Shown piece by piece: positions 50,420 to 64,000 of a stretch of 64,000 bases of DNA. Both the position numbers and the translations under genes were made by a program. Within the stretch, counting starts at the first letter, position 1. The number at the start of each line of letters is the position of its first letter. Below the pieces are notes generated by a model. That model was not told the DNA's origin and did no database searches. It saw only the letters and a list, made by a program, of their open reading frames with translations. The DNA comes from Parasitella parasitica NRRL 2501. Lineage: Eukaryota; Fungi; Mucoromycota. The stretch lies in contig MU619292.1 of assembly GCA_025201805.1 (NCBI GenBank), positions 89,469-153,468 on the forward strand, read 5' to 3'.

Positions 50420-51259
50420 TTACGATAAACGTTGATAGACCATATCCTGAATTTTCTCCACTTGTTGTGCAATTGTTAAATGACTTGTGTCCAACGCAAT
50501 GGCATCTTTAGCCTTTGAGAGTGGCGCAATTTTCCGAGTGCGATCAGCTAGATCTCTTGCTTCCAAATCTTTTTCAACGTCTTGTAGTGTATCATTGCCC
50601 AAGCTACCTTTATTTTTCAATTCATCATATCTACGTTTAGCCCGGATCTTGGTATCTGCCTCTATAAATACTTTGAGCTCGGCATCAGGCAAGATAACTG
50701 TGCCAATATCGCGGCCATCCATCACTACGCCCTTTACTCTTTTGCCATTGTGCTCAAATCCAGTTGAATTTGCGCCTGGGATGTCCCCTATTGCCATAGC
50801 CCGTTGTTGAATAGCCAGAATATCGCGGACACTTGTATTTGAAGCAACATGGCTAATGTTTCGAGTGATATTGGAATTTCGGATTAAATCACTGACGTCT
50901 TTTCCATCTAACTCGACTTGGTCCAAAACAGGAAAACTAATCTTTGCTGATTGTGCTACTTGCTTTACTTTTTCTTCATCTTTGAGATCGATATTTTGCT
51001 GTTGGCATTTAAGAGTGACCTAAATTTTTACTATGGTAAATACAGTTGTCTACTTTTCCATGTCAAGGAAAGTATTTTACAGCTCTAAACATGGCACCTG
51101 AGTCAATATATCCAAACCCCAATCTTGTTGCCAATAATTTAGCAGTTGTACCTTTATTGCAAACCGAGTTAATTAGATGAACAGTATATCACATTTGTCT
51201 CTTTATACTTTTTCCAGAGGCACCCGGACCATCAATAGCAATTCGAAATAACCTTGACA
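50420..51259 (-). CDS. cmk: Bacterial-type cytidylate kinase (Cmk)
   Basis: IAIDGPGASGKST P-loop, YIDSGAMFRA, VMDGRDIGTVILPDAELKVF, R.KRR and RD..D..R..APL motifs. Two introns. Confidence 0.92.
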
Positions 51260-52316
51260 TCCTGAAAGAACAGCAAAGTAAAGAAAAAGTTCATTCCTCT
51301 GTTGTTCATTAAACATCTGGCTGTCACAATTCAAAGTGATGCAAAACAAAGGATTGTTTTATTGATTGCTTCATATGAATGGTGCATACAAATAATGAGT
51401 GCAAGCACTTACTATACATTGTTAGACAAGAAAGAAAAAAAAAATACAAAAGCTTGGGTTTATAGTCCTTCCAATTTTCGAAAAACAGTTCATTGAAATA
51501 GACATTATAGACATTATAGACATTTAAAGTTGTGATCATATAGAGTAAAATCATGCTCCTGCTGCAAATGACAACAGTTTTTGTATCACATAATAAATTT
51601 AGAGAAAAATACATCAGAAGCATCCATTATAATCTTAGTTATAAAAGGAACACGAGAGGGGCCATCTAGGTCCTTTAACTAGTCTATCATTTTCAGTATA
51701 CCTAACAACTTGAGCATGATTAATTTACTAATAGACTATTGGATGCAGTCTTTCAGTGTGTTTTGTGGTTTTGGGCAGTAATCTGAATGAAACAAGCTGT
51801 GTGGGCGATAATATCTATCTGCAATACTGTGCATGACACTGGAAGGTAATCAAGCACATCAGAGCACGGAATCCTTTAATTTTTTGTTTTCAAGTAGTTG
51901 CATGAAGTGTTAAGCGAACAGTTGGGCAGAGGAGGACCAGCGACATGAGATATTGCCGGTTTGAATGGTGGTTTGGTCTTATTCTTGGTAGTAATCTTGG
52001 CTAATTTTATGTGACAAGATCTATATTGCATATAGTGAATCATTATACTCCTGTCGGTTAAATTTTTATTATAGGACATTAGACATAATCGAAGAACGAT
52101 AGCGCCGAGCAACGCATACTGTGTAGACAATCGTAAACACTGTGTGATGTGCTTTTCAACCCGTTTTTTTTTTTGCATTTACACAACTTGTAAAAGGCCC
52201 CTTATTGGTTATCGTTAATGAAAAATGACTAGGCCCGCTCAAACATTTGAAATTTGAAAGGCACTCCACTTCTTTCTGTATGTCTCTTTTTCTTTTTTTT
52301 TCACTAGCAAACACTG

Positions 52317-54525
52317 ATGGTTTTAAATGAGTTTGAGCCCGATGATGTCTTTGGCGAACTCAATCAAAAGTTTGCCAACGTATCCCTTGAACAATCAAAT
52401 CACATAGAAGATGTTTATAGAGAAATTGCATTTGATGATGTAAGTTTTTGTTGTTCGCCTTACCTCGCCTTACCTCGCCTCGCCTCTTTTCTCCTCCTCT
52501 TTCTCACGATGCTATCTAGTTGTTTGAATACAGGGACACCTTAGAGTACTCATCAAACTATGCTAGCTGTCATAGCGCTATGAAAAACATAAGACGATAT
52601 CTCACACAGAAAATTTCATTGGATCGTATTCAGAATGTGATTGATCTTGATATTCAGGATAGAATTAAAAAGATTTTGGAAACCCCAGGTTATGATGAAC
52701 TGAAGGTAAGATTGTTTTCTTTTAGCAAAAACCAACCAACTGATGGCATCCCTTGTACCTAGTATGAAACGGCGTGGACAATTACTAATATTGCTGTAGG
52801 TCGATTTTTTTTTTGTAAAGTGTAAGCAGCTTATTGATGTCATATTAGTACGGTACAAAAGAACACACTTCAAATTTGATCCAATCCGGCGTGATTGATT
52901 CATTGATTTATTGCTTTCGAACAACAGACAGTTTCAGGGTGAAATCACAGGTAACTTACAGAAGTAGTGGCATTAGACATGCATTTGTAACTTTTTATCT
53001 ATTATTTCTTGTGATAGTCAGCTTGGGCATTAGCAAACGTGTCTATAGAATCACCTAAATACAGAGAAACAATGGCTCAGGGAAATCTAATTGGGATCGT
53101 TGCGTTTGCATTGGCTGAGAAATGCGAAATTGTATATAATAAATTAAGTTCGGCGATCAATCAGGAACTCATTACAAATAACGATCAAGGTCAAATTGTA
53201 TGCAACAGCAAATCAGACACAGATGATGTAAAAGATTTGACATGGTCATTGGCAAACATATGCAGAGGTGGATTCAAAACAGCCGAACATTGGGAACAGT
53301 ACTTGCTTGCATTCGATGCGTTTTCGCAATGTGTTCATTTCGATAATAGTGATATATGGACAGAGGCGTGGTGAGTGCTACCAACTATTGTCTCAATGTT
53401 TCATTGCATTAACCCACTAGAACAGCTGGGGCTTATCTAGAATTCTGAGTAACATGTATAACTACGACCCGTTTTTTGCCGCCTTGGAATTGCACCCTAG
53501 ATTATGTCCACGATTGATCCAACTATTGAGGTATGTAAACATATATATATCTGTCAGTTTTCTTTTCAAGCGCTAATCCGCAATAATACCCATAGAAATG
53601 AAGCTGCTGTCACTATTTTACCCGTGTTACAAACCATCAGTAATTTCTCTTCGGGTCCGAACGAATATATCGAAATTCTACTTAATGCAGATCTCTTAAA
53701 CACTATTTGGTGGTACATGTCCTCCGATACCCCTTCTCCATTACGTCGAAATGCCATTTTAACAATTTCAAACTTAGCAGCAGGAAATGAAAGCATTGTG
53801 CGAAAAGTTGTTTACAATGAAAACATAATGCGGAGCGTCATTTCGCATGTCACTGCACCAGGCCACTTGTACCATGCTGAAAACCGTAGCTGGATTTCGT
53901 CGCCAAAAGCGCCCAATGAAGATACGAAGGAAGAGTGGAGAATAGTTAAAGAAGCGCTCTGGGTCTTGTCTAATATCACCACTTTGGCCAATGATGATTG
54001 CATATGGTAAGGCTGTTAATTCACATCGAAATAATAACTAACAATAGAGACAGTGCTCTTTTAAGAAATTACTCGAGACTGATCAAGCTCTTGGCAGCAT
54101 TACTGCATTATCCTTTATTGCCCTTCCCAATTTGTTTGAAAGTCGTGGATGTTTTGATTCGAATTGTAGATCGCACTAGTCAAATAGCCGAATTAACACC
54201 CCCTGTGCTGCCTATTCCACGTAATCCCTACGCCGAAGAAATTTTGGAAGAAGGAGTCATTTCTTCCCTGAAATTTTTGTGTGAAGATTTTCGAGCATCT
54301 GAACTTGACGAGCAAGTGGAAATTCTTCGTCTTGCAACTATGTACAGCTCATCCCAACTACAACAAAGTGAAGATAATCGCAGTGCTGCAGGCTTAGGAA
54401 GCGCCTTTGGTTTATCAAGACGTGGTATTAGTCTTTCTAGGCCGAATATCAGACGAATTGTGCATGGCTTTGAAGATGGCGATGTCCGATTTATTGAAGA
54501 TGCCATAAAAAGCATAACCCTTTAA
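52317..54525 (+). CDS. Divergent importin-alpha-like ARM-repeat protein
   Basis: 'YETAWTITNIA', 'AWALAN', 'TWSLANICRG', 'ISNLAAGN' and 'KEALWVLSNIT' W..N repeats. About 6 introns. Confidence 0.8.
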
Positions 54526-54682
54526 ATCATTTATCTACACTGCATATATCTACAGCGATGACTAGTCTTTGCTTCAAAAATATAACAATCTCTTTATTCC
54601 ATACTGCAAGTATATTATCGCACTGCTATCTATAACACAATACATCAGACATTGAAGTTGCTTAATTTCCTAATGTGACAAT

Positions 54683-55310
54683 TCATGCTGCAAAAGATCG
54701 AGGAGTTGGATTGGCCTTTTTATTGGCTGATGGCATGATTGCCTTCATGTTGACTAAAATGCTGCCAATGTGTTTGTTCTGAAGTGAAGTTGATAGACGT
54801 TTTTTTGCAGTGTCGATATCACGCATTGAAGTGTGGAGCAGCGATAGCTCATGTAAAGATAACCCGCCATATGGTTTTGCTTCACCTAGTAGCTCAAATG
54901 GTGCTGATTTAGCGGTATTTGACAACGTATTGCAACTGCCGTAGGTAGACACCACTTTAGATTTGCGCAAGATGGATCTATACTTTTTGCTTCGTCTTTC
55001 TACTTCCTGGGGCTGAAGAATATAATTGCTAGCGTTGCAGGTTGTATTTATCATTACACTACATATACATTACTAAAGCAGAAGCTATGATTCATACACA
55101 CATCTTACTTGGAAGCATTTTCGACTATTGTTCTCCATGCTTCCTCTTCTTGTCTCTTCATATCGATCGCTTCTAATAAAGACGTCTTGGAGTGAATGCT
55201 CTGCTATACGATATAGATGTGTTATCAGTTTTAAATTTACAAGATGTCGTCAGTGTGAAATATTTTACATCATCAACTGAATGCGTATCTCTGCTTAAAC
55301 AACAGCCCAT
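54683..55310 (-). CDS. LAMTOR1/Ego1-like N-acylated small protein
   Basis: Starts MGCCLS (myristoylation and palmitoylation motif). Contains 'KTSLL', 'EEEAW..IVENASN..IN' and 'LQPQEV.RR..KY'. 2 introns. Confidence 0.6.
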
Positions 55311-55436
55311 AAGTTACGGATGAATAAAATGAAGAAAGGGCGAAAGAAAGATGTTGCTGTGCATCATATAGCAACCCATTTTTATTTATTTACATTATTA
55401 AAGCAGCTTCGACTGTATACACAAGATATCTATACG

Positions 55437-56674
55437 TCACGTTCTCCTGATGTGCTTCTTCTTGGTTGACAGTAAGGTGGTTCGGATAACTTCCTCGCTT
55501 GGAACATCATCCAACAATTTAGTCACTTCTTTTGGAACCCACTGTGATTTTGTAACCCTGTAGTCTTGGGGATCCCACAACTTATCCGAGCAAACTATAT
55601 TGACTAGCGGTATTTGCTGCAACAGTTTCTTGTACATTCGATGTATTTGCCGATTTGTGTACCTGAACGGGTCTATGCTGTCATCTGCACTAGATCCGAG
55701 ATACTGCAGCAAACTGGGAGGATGCTGATTTTCGTAAGGTGATTTGGGGAGCGACTCCTTTCGAATGATTTTGCTGGTGTGATGCGCTAGTTTTGATATA
55801 TCAGGCTGTAGATGCTGTATTATATTCACTGTTTTTGTAAAGCTAGAGTAGAAATCATCCCATTTAGGGCCGCCTGTTACAAGGTTGGAGCAAGCGAATG
55901 GATGTGTCATGGGGGCACCTGCTTTGTGTTCAAGTTCACAAACAATCTCAAAAGGTAAAGGTACAGACACTCGATCTAGGAGCATGGATCGATGTTTCCA
56001 GAGCAAATTTGCCTGTCTCCCAGGATGCAGCGGTTTGTATTGTGGTATAGGTAAATCTGGCTCTATTTTCTTACCCAAATGCTGCGTAATTAGACTGCAT
56101 AGTGGAGGGCACAAGGCTGGCGGCGGTGCGGTATGGGGTATATGCGGTACTAACGGTTTGGGGTTATTGAGTTTGTGGTCTGACCGTTGATGGCCGTGCA
56201 AATAAGGCTATATAAATAATTAGTATCAACGTATCCAAGGTTCCTCTCCTCTACAAGCATCCTACAAACAATAAGCCGTGACGAGTCTTCCCTCTTCTAC
56301 CATATACCTCTTCCAGAACTTTCAAAGCACTCTTTTGACTTCCTCTATTTGCTTTTTCTAATCTGTGCAGGTACTATGGCGAATATATTTAATATGATGA
56401 AATTGCTCAGTTATCTGCTGTCTGCTTACTTTTCTGCTTTCTTTAATTTTAGATTTTACTCTCTCCACGTCTTGACAGGTCTTGTAGTCTTTAAAATATT
56501 TTCTTGCCGCATTCCTTACATAAATCCTTGTAATATTGCATGTTTATTAGCCTTTGAAAGCAGTTCTCTGCATCTAGATTAGTACCTCGCTCTGTCATCA
56601 AAGAATAGCGATCCTTCTGCTAATATGTTTTTGTACAATGCTTTAATGTATAGCTTGTGATTTGGTTGAAACAT
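55437..56674 (-). CDS. LYR-motif (Complex1_LYR-like) mitochondrial protein
   Basis: N-terminal 'ALYKNILAEG..FFDDRAR', then 'LHRLEKANRG....LKVL..VYGRRGK.RH'. 3 introns. Confidence 0.7.
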
Positions 56675-56906
56675 AAGCCACTCAGGAAGAGAAGAGAAGG
56701 GAATTGTCCCTCAAACACTGGCCCGCCGGTTTTTGTATGATTGAGGGAGCGCATTTCTTGTCCTCGGTATTGCATAATATACAAGCCAGAGAGGCTTGTC
56801 ACGTGCAGCAAGACAGTAGTGTAATGACAATAACTTTGCTGTTACATGTGTGTGATTATCCTTTTTCTTTTTTCCTTATTCTTACCAAGAAAACAATCTA
56901 TTAAAC

Positions 56907-57840
56907 ATGTCTCAGCAAATCCCAACGTTAAAGCTATTACTTATTGGTAATTCTAATGTCGGTAAAAGCTCTCTGCTTTTACGTTTTACAGACGATACTT
57001 TTTTGCCTCAAGAAGAGGTTTCAGCGACTATTGGTATGTTGGACTAATCAAGCTTTGTCATTTCACTGCATAGTTTTTTAACATTTTACATGCTTTTTTT
57101 TTTAAGGTGTCGATTTTAAAGTGAGCATGATGGAAGTTAACGGCAAAATGTACAAACTCACCATCTGGGTAAAGTTCTTCATATCTTTGAAAGACTTGGT
57201 CAAACTAATCGATTAAATGTACCAAAGGACACTGCCGGACAAGAGAGGTTTAGGACATTAACTTCATCATATTATCGAGGAGCTCAAGGTGTGATTTTAG
57301 GTGTGTTATTTACCCTTCGTCATGTCGTGAAACTTACTCATACTTTTAATTTGTTAGTTTACGATGTTAGTAACAGAGATACATTTGATGCTCTCAATAC
57401 CTGGTGGAATGAAGTCAACACATATTGCTCTAGTCCTGATGTCGTCAAGATGATTGTGGGAAATAAGGTTGACAAGGTAAGTAAAAGCGGTTACATTATC
57501 TTGGTTTATGCATACACTGAACTATTGTTCTCACAGGAATCATCTCGAGTTGTTACTTATGAAGAGGGTGCCAACTTTGCTAGAAAATTATCCACTCTTT
57601 TTGTTGAGTGTAGTGCTAAAACAAAAGTTGGTGTCAAACAAGCCTTTGAGGAATTGGTAGAAAAGGTTTGTTTCTATGTGCTTTTGATGTTTATTAAATG
57701 TTCGTTTGTTAACAAAACACACCACATAGATTATTGAAACACCTAGTTTATGGCAGAAAGATGCTGCACCAAATTCCACTGTAAGAATGTCAGCAGATGA
57801 TAATAAAGAGCAGTCGGGAGGGGATTCCTGTGCTTGTTAA
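56907..57840 (+). CDS. RAB18: Rab18-like small GTPase
   Basis: [66 protein letters not shown] and a C-terminal CAC. 5 introns. Confidence 0.88.
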
Positions 57841-58809
57841 CCTTTTCCTATCTTTTACCAGAAACTTATAAATTCGTTTTTTATTACTGTATATACGGTA
57901 CGAAATTATACAACGTCTTTCCTTCTTGGTTGATATAACGGAATGCGAAATATCATTTAAGAGAAGGCATGTACAAGCAATTGAGCATACAAAATGAAGT
58001 GTTTCTCCCAAGATATTGGTATCCTAATAGCAATGCTATTACAGAAGAGGATATGATAAACGTAGTTTCATAAGCATATTTTAATACAAAAAAGGTGATT
58101 CATTACCACGAGAAAACAAATTGACTTATCGGAGAGCAAAAGATTATCATTATTACTATTGTTGCTATTGTTTTAGTCAAATAGGCTTTGCAGATATAAG
58201 TGAAAATAAAATAAAATACATATCAGATAGCCATGATCAAAGCTGTATCAGACAAGTATAAAGCTTGGCTTGATTTTTCTTTATGCAATAAGATATATGC
58301 GTTTTATATGTATTTTGTATGAAAATTGGTGGTTTTTTTAGTGAAGTTTTATGAATATTATTGGCAGCATTGGTAGCTTGATCACATATTAAACAAACAT
58401 CATCAATAAACAGCAACTGAGCACTAAGAATTTAACCAAGGCCGAACGCTTTAATTTATCAAGCTAAATAGCATCCGGTAGTGAATACGGTACAACAGCG
58501 AAAATATTTGCGATTAATGTTAGGTGTGATGAATTCAATGTTTGGATAAGAATGCTATATATTAGTCTTTAATAATTACTAGATTCATTATTTAGATATT
58601 GTCATATTTATTTATAATTATCATCATCGTATATATTACTAAGCAGAATGTATCTTTTTTCTTTTTCACAACTGATAGTCTGGTATGCGTGTTCATATTA
58701 CATACAATCCCAAAATAAAAATTCACTTGAATAACAAAAAGGCAATATTTTATTTCCGTTTTTCTTTCATTCTTATAAGAAAATGAGAGGTACATTTAAC
58801 AAAAGACGA

Positions 58810-60611
<1,802 letters not shown>

Positions 60612-60669
60612 TTAGTAATAAAATGTTTGTTCTAGTAGCAATGGAAAAAAAAAAGGGGCAGTAGTTTCT

Positions 60670-60800
60670 TGTTTTGATTTTTTTTTTTTTTCGATTTTGA
60701 TGTGTAATATGACGATGAATTTAACTAATTCACAGTATGTTTTTTTTTTTGAGTATTTTTATATTTTTTTTTTTTGGTTTTTTTTTTTTTGTTTTTATGA
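60670..60800 (-). promoter_or_regulatory. Oligo(A) tracts in the presumptive PABP 5' leader (autoregulatory-sequence-like)
   Basis: Four T runs of 11-14 nt on the + strand (A runs on the sense strand), 70-190 nt upstream of the PABP ATG. Confidence 0.55.
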
Positions 60801-61224
60801 AAAGAAATATAGTAAAAAAGAAAAAGGAATTTAATTCTTTCTTCTTATTTAAAGAGTGATTTTTACTTGTAGAAAAAGGGCAAGTGGGAAAGAAAGAGGA
60901 TAAAATAGTAGAACAAAGAGCCTGGGTGATTTAATGCAGCCTTCATCACCACAGGATGAATCATCCAAAAACGTCACTCGCTTCTTACTTTAATTGAATC
61001 AACCCATCATTCAACACTTCTTAAGAAACAAACAAGAAACGTAGTAGAGGTATTTCAGTTCAAGCTTGAATATCATATCTTTTAAAAATTCAATCCATTT
61101 CAAATATTGAACCAAAACAGCTGATGGACATCATATTAAAAGCCAGGCTTGCTTGGTTTATAAATAGGATAAGGTCCAGAATCAGAATAAAACACCTTTT
61201 GCTTCAATTTATCTGCAAATTATC

Positions 61225-62386
61225 ATGGGCGAAGCAAATATTGCAAACCATGTGTTAGAATCGATTCTCAAGGACCTATCCTTCCTTAAAGAGAATAATT
61301 TCTTAGCAAATCAAACATACAGAGATGTGGTTGCCATGTTACCAAGTCGTATCAGCATCCATAGTAACGCAATCGATACATCAAAACCTCCTTTACCGAC
61401 TCGTAAATCAACTAGCTCTACAACAAATAGTATTACTCCACCTGTAGTTCAGCCTCGTGAGATTCCTTGTTTTCCTAAATTGCCTGTAAGACGCACACCT
61501 GATTGGCAATCTCCACAATCAACCCACCAAGGCCCACAACAAGTGGTAGGTATGGTCATGCCCTCCATGACAAAGAACGTTTTGAATCCAGAACCTGAGA
61601 AATCGGCTCCTCCTCCACCTGCTTATACTCAGAAACCGACAATGGAACCACCATCGCTAGCTACGGCCGAGGCATTATACGACTATAAAGGGGAAGATCC
61701 TTCCACGGATTTGTCCTTTGAACAAGGCGATATTATCGAGGTTACAGAATATGGTATGTACTTTAGAGGCGAAGGCAGCTGGTCTTAGCTAACTACGGTT
61801 GGCTATTAGTAAATGACGATTGGTGGAAAGGAACAGTAAATGGAAAATTAGGTATCTTTCCTCAAAATCATGTAAAAAAGATAGCGTAAGTTTAAGATCA
61901 TAATTCATGATAATTGCCAGCACACTTACTCCTATTAATTGCAATGTAAAATAGACCTCCTATCAAAGCTAAACGTCCTTGGGTCCCACCCACATCAGCC
62001 AAACCGTCCTATTCAAACAGTAGTTATGCATCAAATACCCCTCCACCAACTTCAACAATCCAGAATACCACTATGCCGTACAGTTACCCTCCTCCTCCTA
62101 ATGCCATGTATGCGCCCCCACCATCTCAACCACCCATACAGGCTTACGGACAACCATCGGCAGTACCCGTTGTAGCGAGCAACTATGAGCAGCAACATGC
62201 CGAGGAAAGTGGCGATAACAAGGTACACAGCATGGCCAAAAAGTTTGGCGGCAACGTTGCTACAGCTGCTACTTGGGGTTTTGGTGCTACACGTAAGTCT
62301 CCACAAGATATTTTTAGCTATTTTTTTTTTTTTCACTAAAACTCAAATTTCTTTTTGTGTATTAGTGGGAAGTCAAGCTGCAAGTG
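61225..62386 (+). CDS. SH3 domain protein, Pin3/Lsb1-like (3' end lost in a small gap)
   Basis: SH3 'AEALYDY.G....DLSF..GD.I.V...VNDDWWKG...GIFP.NHV', PPPAY motifs and C-terminal 'KKFGGNVATAATWGFGAT.GS'. Confidence 0.85.
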
Positions 62387-63233
62387 NNNNNNNNNNAAAA
62401 AAAAAAAAAAAAAAGAATCACTACGAAAATAATGTCATGCTTTTATTTTTGCATTTTCGTTCACGTTTTTTCTAAATGAAATGTCAGGGTACCTTTTTCC
62501 ATGCATTTCAATCGCTTTGAAAGGGGATGGGGGTATAACACAATTGAAAAAGAACAAAGTATTAGAATTAAAGCCATTTCCAACAAAAATATTTAATTTA
62601 TAGCAGCACAACATCTGCGCCATTGTAAAATATACCTGCATATCGGTTTCGTATGTCTACAACATTTACAGCAAATCCTCAAGTGTAAGCTGAATATGTA
62701 TGCACAGCACCCAATAGGCATGTCCACTGAATGCTTATGTCTAGCATAATTGCACATTTTTGTTGCATGTGGTTGAAGATATATAAGACAATTCTATTTT
62801 TGGGGCGTAAACACATACAGGACTGGGTAACTCAATCTTGATTAGATTGCCTGAAGGGCATGTACAGTACTCATGAACAATGTAAATTGAGCACCTGACA
62901 GTGACCAAAATACGACGTACTACAATAATATCTGAAAAATAAGATTAAGGTCGATACATCTTTGATATACTTGTCGTTTCTCAAAAGTATAACATTTTGA
63001 AAGATGTAGACCTAAAGTTCAAATAGCTCTTTGCTGCATGCTATATATTAATACATAAAATTGTCAAGCGCTATGGCGTATCTAAACTCCATGAACATAA
63101 TGGCTGTCAAAAAATGGAATGAATGTGATTGGTAAGTGTTTCTACATGAACTTCAAGTTTTTTATGTTGCAGCCCCAGGCCATACCTGCATTTTATTTTT
63201 GTTTCTCTCTCTTTCATCCCGAATTAAAAGCGC

Positions 63234-64000
63234 ATGACCAAAGTCGACAAGAAAAACCCTACATTGCATCTGACGGGTGGCGCTTTGTCTGGTATGGTAG
63301 CTTGTACAGCACTACAACCTTTAGATTTGATCAAAACTCGCCTGCAACAGCAACGTCAGGATCATCTGGCATTTCTGAAAGAAGCTAAAAGCAAAGGCTT
63401 AAAAATATCGCCACAGAAAAGGTAATCACGATACTCAAACTGCAATGTTCATCCTAATCTTGTTGTTCTTAGTAATATATACTCCACCATCAAAGACATT
63501 GTCTACAGTAATGGGTATAGTGGGCTTTGGAGAGGCACTATACCTACGATTATGAGGTAAACATACTGATAATAGGTCTTTATTTGGTAAGATTTAACAC
63601 TTTTTTTTATTTTTTTTTTATTTTTTTATTTTTATACTATGAAATCAAGAAACGTACCTGGCTCTGCATTGTATTTCTTTGCCTTATCCGAGACACGTGA
63701 AATATTAGCAAAAACAAGAAGTACCTGGCAACCGTTACTGAATAGATCTGGAGCCAATGGCCTACCCACAGCCGAACATCAACGCTGGGAGAATTTATTC
63801 TCTGGGTCTGCAGCAAGAGGTGCAGTAGGCTACGTAATGATGCCCATCACAGTTGTCAAAGTGAGGTATGAGGTAAATGACTAAACTATGATGTATTTTT
63901 AAGCGTTTGAAACTAATGACCCCTCAAGAGTAACTTTTATAATTATACAAGTTTAAACCAAGCTTTCAAATCCATCATCAAAACGGATGGCATTAGAGGT
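63234..64000 (+). CDS. HEM25: Mitochondrial carrier, glycine transporter SLC25A38/Hem25-like (partial)
   Basis: 'LQPLDLIKTRLQQ', 'LWRGT.PT..RNVPGSALYF' and 'MPITVVKVRYES' motifs. Runs off the window end. Confidence 0.85.

Noticed and set aside
44176-51259. Nucleotide-metabolism gene cluster (allantoicase fusion plus cmk)
   Set aside because: The two genes are separated by unrelated COG8 and ZIP genes and belong to different pathways. There is no evidence of a functional cluster.

Overview
Eukaryotic, AT-rich, gene-dense DNA with short GT-AG introns. Gene content and style point to a Mucorales fungus (inference). There are two assembly gaps (704-1638 and 62387-62396). About 24 intact-looking protein genes are visible. 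They include eIF3b, UTP4, an ACBP-ankyrin protein, a prokaryote-like Dph6/MJ0570-family ATP pyrophosphatase, a CAP/PR-1 protein, two head-to-head stomatin paralogues, 6PGDH, an Eps1-like PDI, GLE1, Spc98/GCP3 and an allantoicase-ureidoglycolate lyase fusion. They also include COG8, a ZIP transporter, a bacterial-type cytidylate kinase, an IBB-less importin-alpha-like protein, a LAMTOR1-like protein, an LYR protein, Rab18, PABP, a Pin3/Lsb-like SH3 protein and a Hem25-like carrier. One tRNA-Lys(UUU) is present. The first 20 kb is rich in mobile DNA: a Helitron 3' end, a spliced PD-(D/E)XK-like nuclease gene next to a transposon-like terminus, a 211-bp solo LTR with a perfect 5-bp TSD that splits an F-box gene, and a 2-kb element with ~145-bp TIRs just upstream of UTP4. 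A MULE/SWIM relic lies at ~30-31 kb. Gene boundaries were read by eye and exon structures are approximate. No database searches were run.
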